Assembly: GCA_016931155.1 (NCBI GenBank)
Contig: JAFGFJ010000002.1
Coordinates: 385-64,384 of the forward strand
Source: Candidatus Dojkabacteria bacterium
Lineage (GTDB): Bacteria > Patescibacteriota > Dojkabacteria > B142 > JAFGFJ01
Length of the DNA stretch: 64,000 bases
Reading direction: 5' to 3'
Shown here: piece by piece, positions 57,874-64,000 of the stretch
Position numbering within the stretch: position 1 is the first letter of the stretch
How the letters are laid out: each line of letters begins with the position of its first letter
Position numbers and translations under genes: made by a program
The notes under the pieces: model-generated
Databases searched by the model: none
What the model was told of the DNA's origin: nothing
Seen by the model: only the letters and a program-made list of their open reading frames with translations

Positions 57874-59298
57874 GTGAAAAAAATCAGGAAAATTTTACTT
57901 GTCACAATAACTGTACTTCTCCTTTCAACTTCATCCTCAGTCCTTTTCCCTGCAAAAACCAAAGCGGATGGGCTCATGGATGCAGTATTTCTGGGAGGTG
58001 CTGAATCTATTTTCGGATGCAGAGAAGGGGAAAAGACAGCAGGTGAAGCATATGTTAAGTCATGCGGTAGCGGAAGCGTGCAGGGAGCAAGTGACTCAGA
58101 AAGCATAATGCGTGATCACGGGGCACTTGGTGTTACTGCAAATATGATAGATATGCTCTATGAGAATCCTCCAGCAAGCGGAATTGTCTATGCACAGCAA
58201 ACATGGGACAAATTCAGAACAAATGTCACTGGAGAAGTGTATGCTCAGGAAGTCTACTCACCTGGGGTCGGTTTCAGTCTTCTTCAGCCTGTTCAGCCTT
58301 ACTGGGCATGGGCTAGAAATATTTCGTACGGATTTTTCATACTTATTTTCATAGCAATTGCACTTCAAATACTTTTCAGGTCGAAAATCGACGGACAAAA
58401 TCCAGCAACACTGGCCAACTCAATACCAGGAGTCATAATTTCTCTTGCACTTGTCACTCTAAGCTATGCTATCACCGGCCTCACTATTGACCTAGTCACA
58501 ATAGGCTCAAACTTCATCAAAGGAATATACGAAACGAGCGGATTGATGGAAGACGGATCCAGGCTTCCAAACCCGGATGATCCGAGGATGAGTGTCTGGT
58601 TCGTTTTTTCGACCGCACTTGAAGGTAAAAGTGCAGGAGGTGAACTTAGTAACATAGCAAAAGGAATAAGCACAGAAGGAATTGCACTTGAGTCTGCTGC
58701 AAATCTTGCAAATGGAATTTTAGAAAACACCGCTGGTTCCTCCCTTATTTCCTTGATACTGGGAGTCACCATACTTTTTGCGGCTATGAAGCTGTTTTTT
58801 GAGCTCGTGAGAAGATATATTCAAATCATTCTAAACGTAGTACTTGCACCCATTTTGTTTCTTCTCGGAGCAATGCCGGGAGGTCTTCAAAAAGCGATAT
58901 TTCCTTTTATGAGAGGCTTTCTTGCAAATGCAACAGTTTTTATCGCAATATACGCCATCTTTGGTTTCATGGTAGTTCTACTAAAAGACCAGACCCACTT
59001 TACCACTGGAAATTATGGCTATGTTCCGCCCCTCATTGGTTTCCAAAGGGATGGAGACATGGGAGGTATTCCTTTTAATTCTATTAAAACACTCGTTGCT
59101 TTCAGTCTATTTATCACGACCACTTTGATTCCGGACATGATAGACAAAGCATTAGATGCCCCTGATTTTACACAAATTGTAAACAATCTGAGAGCAAGTA
59201 CAGCACAAGGAGCACAGCAGACTTCTGCTTTGCTCAAAGGCGTACTTGGAACTTTGGGTAATATCCAAGGTCTAACTGGAGGACAGGGACAAAGATAA
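57874..59298 (+). CDS. Polytopic membrane protein with an N-terminal signal peptide and about six TM helices. Topology resembles VirB6/TrbL.
   Basis: Signal MKKIRKILLVTITVLLLSTSSSVLFPAKTKA, a ~120-aa extracytoplasmic domain, then hydrophobic helices (ISYGFFILIFIAIALQILF, IPGVIISLALVTLSYAITGLTI, LISLILGVTILFAAMKLFF, IILNVVLAPILFLLGAM, ATVFIAIYAIFGFMVVLL, TLVAFSLFITTTLIP) and a Gly/Gln-rich tail. Confidence 0.45.
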   Translation: MKKIRKILLVTITVLLLSTSSSVLFPAKTKADGLMDAVFLGGAESIFGCREGEKTAGEAYVKSCGSGSVQGASDSESIMRDHGALGVTANMIDMLYENPPASGIVYAQQTWDKFRTNVTGEVYAQEVYSPGVGFSLLQPVQPYWAWARNISYGFFILIFIAIALQILFRSKIDGQNPATLANSIPGVIISLALVTLSYAITGLTIDLVTIGSNFIKGIYETSGLMEDGSRLPNPDDPRMSVWFVFSTALEGKSAGGELSNIAKGISTEGIALESAANLANGILENTAGSSLISLILGVTILFAAMKLFFELVRRYIQIILNVVLAPILFLLGAMPGGLQKAIFPFMRGFLANATVFIAIYAIFGFMVVLLKDQTHFTTGNYGYVPPLIGFQRDGDMGGIPFNSIKTLVAFSLFITTTLIPDMIDKALDAPDFTQIVNNLRASTAQGAQQTSALLKGVLGTLGNIQGLTGGQGQR

Positions 59299-59313
59299 TC
59301 CGTAACTCAAAAG

Positions 59314-60594
59314 ATGACGGATGAAACACCACTGAAAAAACTGGAAGAGCTCGAAAATGAAATAGAGAAAATTATTTCCCGGAAAGGGTTTGTTACTTTT
59401 GTTCATCTTAAAAAGCGCAAAAACATTAAATCTGTCTGGATAAAGGCGGTAAATTTTATAGACACAAAGTTAAAGAATTCTGAAAGTGATAAAGCTGCAT
59501 TCAATAAATATCTGACAGAGTTTCATGGTCTTGTCTCGAACATAAACGTTGCTGATGAATGGGTTCACTGGCAGGAAATTGAAGCTATTTACGAATCTTC
59601 CAAAAGAATAAGCCCGGAAAGCTCAGAATTCCTTCTCGCTCTTACAAAAGTACATCTTCTACGCAAAAAAAACGTACTGCCTGAACTGGGAGAGTATTCT
59701 CTCGTCAGCACCATTGAAATAGATACGCAAAGAATTAGAATTGCAAAAGGTCTTTCAATTATTAGTCCAAATGTATCTCTGATTCTGGATGGGAAAGATT
59801 TTCTACTTACCGATAAGGAAGGAAATTTTAATCTGACAACAACTCTGGGAATAGAAAAAAAAGAATGCAATATTGTTTCAACTCTTTCGACCCTGGCACA
59901 TATTCCTTCCCTTCAGGACACAATACTTGACGAAATACAGAATGTGTCAAAACATCCCTTCATATACGATCTTTATCCGGAAAAAGCAAAACGGGCACTT
60001 TGGGCAGCAACAAAACACCTCACACTTTTTGCAAGTAGATTTGCACACAACCAACTCAATAGAGGAATTGGATTGTCCGAAGCTGTCGAAAATACACAAG
60101 AATATATGAAATCTATACCAGACCTCGAGCCTGACATGTATCTGGAGATGAAAGAGTCCGGCTTGTGGGAAAGTATAAGACTGGGACTCATCAGTGAAGA
60201 AAAAATAGATCCAGTCGATGTAAAAATAATGTTTTCCGAGATTCTCGAAGCGATGGTATATCTTTGCAGATCAGCAGGCATCGTTCCTTCCAAATTCTTT
60301 GATATTGAATTTCGTGAGTCCTCAGATGAGGAAAAAAGCATTGAAGGAAATAAGTTCAGCATGGATGTTTTTGAGCTCGATGAGGGAGGGAAGAGATCGG
60401 ATTACATAATCGAAACCTACGCTGTTGTCCTTACACCCGAATCAGAAGTATCAATAGTAGATTCAGTCACAAACGGAAAGCTCAACACAGACTTTTATCC
60501 GAAATTCGACAACAGAAGTATTGCGGAAAAGATTGAAGATTATTTAACGGTGCCAGTAAATGAAAAAGAGGATTTTATAAATTATATAGAATAA
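59314..60594 (+). CDS. Hypothetical soluble 426-aa protein in the giant-protein cluster
   Basis: No TM helix and no NTP-binding motif. Follows the polytopic membrane protein by 15 nt and is followed by the next gene at +2 nt. Confidence 0.4.
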   Translation: MTDETPLKKLEELENEIEKIISRKGFVTFVHLKKRKNIKSVWIKAVNFIDTKLKNSESDKAAFNKYLTEFHGLVSNINVADEWVHWQEIEAIYESSKRISPESSEFLLALTKVHLLRKKNVLPELGEYSLVSTIEIDTQRIRIAKGLSIISPNVSLILDGKDFLLTDKEGNFNLTTTLGIEKKECNIVSTLSTLAHIPSLQDTILDEIQNVSKHPFIYDLYPEKAKRALWAATKHLTLFASRFAHNQLNRGIGLSEAVENTQEYMKSIPDLEPDMYLEMKESGLWESIRLGLISEEKIDPVDVKIMFSEILEAMVYLCRSAGIVPSKFFDIEFRESSDEEKSIEGNKFSMDVFELDEGGKRSDYIIETYAVVLTPESEVSIVDSVTNGKLNTDFYPKFDNRSIAEKIEDYLTVPVNEKEDFINYIE

Positions 60595-60595
60595 A

Positions 60596-63500
60596 ATGTC
60601 CGCTGGAAACGTCCCTATTGAGGGGGTTTTACCAAAACAGAAGACTGAGGAAGCTGGATCCGGAGTCAACGAATCTCCAAAAACTTTTGGACTGATCAAT
60701 AAAACACTTGAACGCTTTGGCATCACTATATCCATAGTAAACGACCCTAAAACCAGCGAACTTTATGAGTCAATGCTTATTGAAATTGAAAAACTTGGAT
60801 CTCAAGCAAACCCAAAGAGCATACTCAATATAATAGCAAGACATGCCTATTCGCTGGGGCTAAAAAAAGATGACTACACGAGACTTATACAGAAAATTAA
60901 ACTTACGAATGAAACAGACGCTCGCAATTTGCTTCCAATCCGAAAAAATGAAGACAGCACATTTGCTAACCTGAAAGAAACTCTGAACAGTTACAGAGTT
61001 TCCCACAAGCGAGTGATGGAGGAATATGTACAGCCCCTTGCGCAGTTGAAAGCAGTCAGACAGATGAAGGCAATGAAATTAAGATCAAGACGAAGAATGA
61101 GAGATAGCGAAAGTGCTTTTCTCAGAGGTACTGCTGCTTACCTGAACTTCCGGGAGCTTAGTGCAAAAGAACAGAAAAGAGTGGTAAAGGAGGGTGCTTT
61201 AAAGGCAGGAGGCAGGGCACTTGCAATTTATGATGATGCTTACAAATGGTTCTGGGATGATTCTGCATTTGGGAAAAAAATGCATGAAATCCGGCAGTCA
61301 AGCATAGATCTTGCGGAGAGGAAGAAAGCTGAGATCACTACACAAATCGGGGAAAAGCTTGATCCTATCAAGGCTCAAGCAAAACAGTTTATTGAAACAC
61401 AGAAAGCCGAAGTCAACAAAAAGCTAGCCCAGCCTGTAACGACAAAGTTAGAAGAGATTGACGCACCAAGGCGATTGTTTGTAAAGAAAGCCGGCACAAG
61501 ACTATTTGATCCTTCCTATTACAGAGAAAAATCATCCAGATGGGAAAAGATTTATCAGAAGACAGGCCAGAGACAAGCAGAATTGTTCGCCAGCAACGGT
61601 CTGGTCAGAAATCTAACTTCTGCCGAAAGGGAAGCAAGGGTTCGTATTTTGAACACACTCAGGAAGAGAAGGAAAAAAGGACTATTTGGGATAGCAACCA
61701 ATCTTCTAATGAAAGTGATGATGGAGCCGGTAAAGATTATTATGAAAACAGCCGGTCTTTCGGCAAAAGTTTCAGGATTTGCAACGAGAGTAAATGCTTT
61801 TTTGAAACCAAGAATAAGTGGTCTCACAAGAGGAGTATCAAAGATCACATCATCAACATTCGGTCTGTTAAAAAAATCCGTTGGTGTCACATCGAGTACA
61901 GTAAAAGCAATTGGGAATGCTGCTCTTCCTACACTATCCGTTTATCTTATTTCGGGAGGTTCCCTGCCTCTTGCAATTGCAACAGGAATAACTGTTACCG
62001 GTGCAAGCCTTACTGAAAAGCTTCTCTCTTCGCCAGATATTCTACCAAAATCCATTGTCAGTAAATTTGGGACTTTTGACGCAAAAGCAGCTCTCGCACT
62101 CAAGGAAATCCCGGATTTAAGCAAGATGAGTACAATGGAGCAGAATATTTTCAAACTAACCAAAGCGGCAGAACTCAAGGGAACACATGCACTGGCATCA
62201 ATGACAAAATCGATTACCACTGCGAGTAATGCGACTGCAGCACTTCTAGTTCTCTCATTTTTGGGATTTCCGATAACACCGGTACAGGCTCTCCTGGTAG
62301 GAGGAGGATCCGGTCTTGCTCACTTTGGTATCTCCAGACTCTACAATCAGGCTCTTACAAATGTAAAAACGAATTTGATGTTTGGCACACTCCGGCAATT
62401 CCCCGGTGGAGCAGTTGTAGGAATGTACATGGGAGGACAATGGATCAGATTTCAGGAAAGGAGACTAAGACAGCTTGGACTTAGTGATTATTTTACCCAG
62501 GAATGGCTGAATCTGAGGCTTGACGGCGGTCTTGGAAACATTATGTCCGGAGCGTCTTTTGGCTTGAGCACCTATCAGTTTGGTCAGTGGGCAAGCAAGA
62601 TGATTGGAAGCGGAGTTGCAAAAGCTACAGGTGTGAATTTTGCCAGGGCTGTCCCATATGTGACCGCCGGTACTATTTTCGGTACAGCCGCAGGCTTTCT
62701 TTTAGCACCACTTCTCGGTCTTACGCCGGGAATCGGAGCACTTATCGGAGGAGCAGTTGGTGGAGTAATTGGAGGAGCAGTTGGCATTGCTGTCGGAAAT
62801 CTGCCCGGAGGATTTTGGGGAAGTCTTACTGGATCAATCCTTGGTTCGACTGTAGGCGCATGGTTTGATACACAGCTCAATAAGATTGGGGCAAGCATTG
62901 CAAGCATGTTTCAGTTGTTCTCAATTCTTCGTTTTTTCGGTCTTATTGCCGGTTTCTTTACTTCACCATTAACCAAAATTAGCTCTCTCCTTGAAATTGT
63001 TATTGCATTTGTTATGGTTGCCGGAATAATTGGAACCTTTTCCGCCTTCGGTCTTAACTCAAGCTCCCTGAACACCCCAACTCAGAATCCAGGTAGTAAT
63101 TCACTAAACAGCTATCAGTCAGCACTGGCGAGTGCCTTTCCGGGAATAACACAAGATATTTTGATGCAAGAAAAAAAAGAAAAGCTGTATTTTTCATTTG
63201 ATGAAGAGCAACCTCAAGTGCAGGCATGTTTTCTTGACGACATAGAGTCGGAAGGATACTACGCTCTTGAAAAAGGTTATTACAATCCAATATGGAAAAA
63301 TTATGGAATATTATTTTTTGGAGAAGCAAAGCTGATAAAAAGTCCAATAGAAGGGATTGTAGTCTATTCAGGTAAAAACAACATCTACAAGAGGGACAAA
63401 AATGGAGATTTCTCAAAAAGTGAAGAAAATACTCTAATAATAACCCAATTGCCGGAGCAAACATATTTCATTGCATTTGATGGGATTGATACCGAGCTTA

Positions 63501-63700
63501 AATCAGAAAATAGAATTAAAAGTGGACAATTACTTGGAACGAGTTCACAAAATTTCAGAGTATCTGTATTTAATTATGCTCAAAACTACAGACCATATAA
63601 CCCCAGAAATGCAACTAATCCTTGCGAACCACTTGATGAAGTGGGTTTTCCGGGATTTGCATGTAATATAATCCCATCGTTCGTTGAAAAGTGTAAATAA
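60596..63700 (+). CDS. Large (1034 aa) protein: charged helical N-terminal half, extensive Gly-zipper polytopic region, and a C-terminal ~200-aa Cys-containing globular domain of unknown function
   Basis: GxxxG-rich hydrophobic stretch GTAAGFLLAPLLGLTPGIGALIGGAVGGVIGGAVGIAVGNLPGGFWGSLTGSILGSTVGAWF plus further helices. The C-terminal domain contains QACFLDD, NPCEPLD and GFACNII. Confidence 0.55.
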   Translation: MSAGNVPIEGVLPKQKTEEAGSGVNESPKTFGLINKTLERFGITISIVNDPKTSELYESMLIEIEKLGSQANPKSILNIIARHAYSLGLKKDDYTRLIQKIKLTNETDARNLLPIRKNEDSTFANLKETLNSYRVSHKRVMEEYVQPLAQLKAVRQMKAMKLRSRRRMRDSESAFLRGTAAYLNFRELSAKEQKRVVKEGALKAGGRALAIYDDAYKWFWDDSAFGKKMHEIRQSSIDLAERKKAEITTQIGEKLDPIKAQAKQFIETQKAEVNKKLAQPVTTKLEEIDAPRRLFVKKAGTRLFDPSYYREKSSRWEKIYQKTGQRQAELFASNGLVRNLTSAEREARVRILNTLRKRRKKGLFGIATNLLMKVMMEPVKIIMKTAGLSAKVSGFATRVNAFLKPRISGLTRGVSKITSSTFGLLKKSVGVTSSTVKAIGNAALPTLSVYLISGGSLPLAIATGITVTGASLTEKLLSSPDILPKSIVSKFGTFDAKAALALKEIPDLSKMSTMEQNIFKLTKAAELKGTHALASMTKSITTASNATAALLVLSFLGFPITPVQALLVGGGSGLAHFGISRLYNQALTNVKTNLMFGTLRQFPGGAVVGMYMGGQWIRFQERRLRQLGLSDYFTQEWLNLRLDGGLGNIMSGASFGLSTYQFGQWASKMIGSGVAKATGVNFARAVPYVTAGTIFGTAAGFLLAPLLGLTPGIGALIGGAVGGVIGGAVGIAVGNLPGGFWGSLTGSILGSTVGAWFDTQLNKIGASIASMFQLFSILRFFGLIAGFFTSPLTKISSLLEIVIAFVMVAGIIGTFSAFGLNSSSLNTPTQNPGSNSLNSYQSALASAFPGITQDILMQEKKEKLYFSFDEEQPQVQACFLDDIESEGYYALEKGYYNPIWKNYGILFFGEAKLIKSPIEGIVVYSGKNNIYKRDKNGDFSKSEENTLIITQLPEQTYFIAFDGIDTELKSENRIKSGQLLGTSSQNFRVSVFNYAQNYRPYNPRNATNPCEPLDEVGFPGFACNIIPSFVEKCK

Positions 63701-63707
63701 AAACATT

Positions 63708-64000
63708 ATGAAAACTAGACCTCAAAAATTTTTAACTATTCCTATTCTTTTTCTGGTCATCGGTTTTGCAATTTTTATATTTGTCAAAAGTAATAAGCCT
63801 GGACAGCCCAGTGTAAATACAAACAGCACAACAACAGAATCTCTTTCCATAGAACAACCCTTTGACTTCGAAAACAAACAAACCGGCGTTGAATTCAAAA
63901 ACTTGATTCCAAATAATAGTGTCTCAAAACAATTCTCACTTTATGAAGTTGACCCTTATCAGGAGTATTTCCCCTCGGCAAAGCTTGCAAAAGATATAGG
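63708..64000 (+). CDS. 3'-partial gene for a secreted/membrane-anchored protein that continues the cluster beyond the window
   Basis: ATG at 63708. Frame open to the window end. N-terminal anchor MKTRPQKFLTIPILFLVIGFAIFIFV. Confidence 0.5.
   Translation, partial: MKTRPQKFLTIPILFLVIGFAIFIFVKSNKPGQPSVNTNSTTTESLSIEQPFDFENKQTGVEFKNLIPNNSVSKQFSLYEVDPYQEYFPSAKLAKDI

Noticed and set aside
48257-63700. Interpreting the giant-protein block as an ordinary prophage (tail tape-measure proteins)
   Set aside because: Long helical proteins with hydrophobic segments do resemble tape-measure proteins. However, the window has no capsid, portal, terminase, integrase or recognisable tail genes, and there are two or three such giants rather than one. 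Not excluded beyond the window edge.

Overview
This 64 kb window comes from a low-GC bacterium with short intergenic regions and no sign of an outer membrane. The gene content looks like a small-genome Patescibacteria/CPR-like or Firmicutes-like organism. I can only assign it to that broad group.

The first ~39 kb is mainly housekeeping. It includes truB, nth, a SEDS FtsW/RodA gene, an rplU-rpmA-pth operon, tRNA-Asn, an aldehyde dehydrogenase, asnS, a GH3 NagZ-like gene, uvrA, a yvcK-like gene, glmS, a MiaB-family methylthiotransferase and typA/bipA. It also contains an OmpR/HisKA two-component system convergent with a MacB/FtsX-type ABC exporter, an ECF sigma/anti-sigma pair, and ArsR and DUF134-type regulators.

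Three regions stand out.

- **Direct repeats at 10.7 and 13.1 kb.** Two ~110-nt, ~85%-identical repeats bracket an HD-hydrolase and AAA/DUF4143 ATPase pair.
- **Island next to tRNA-Gln, 39.7-44.0 kb.** It is full of decayed copies of the tRNA-Gln 3' end (GATTCGAACC T-loop cores) and two further repeat families. The cargo is small membrane or secreted proteins and a possible HEPN/Abi-like gene. No integrase is present.
- **Giant-protein block, 48.2-64.0 kb.** Three co-located giant or large lysine/glutamate-rich proteins (1630, 726 and 1034 aa) each have a long hydrophilic N-terminal part and a C-terminal glycine-zipper hydrophobic region. With them are a VirB6/TrbL-like polytopic membrane protein, a protein built on a 12-nt tandem repeat, and several small acidic proteins. 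None of them matches a family I recognise.

The giant-protein block is the best candidate for an undescribed membrane-associated system. It could be a secretion, conjugation, adhesion or cell-cell interaction apparatus. That functional reading is inference only.
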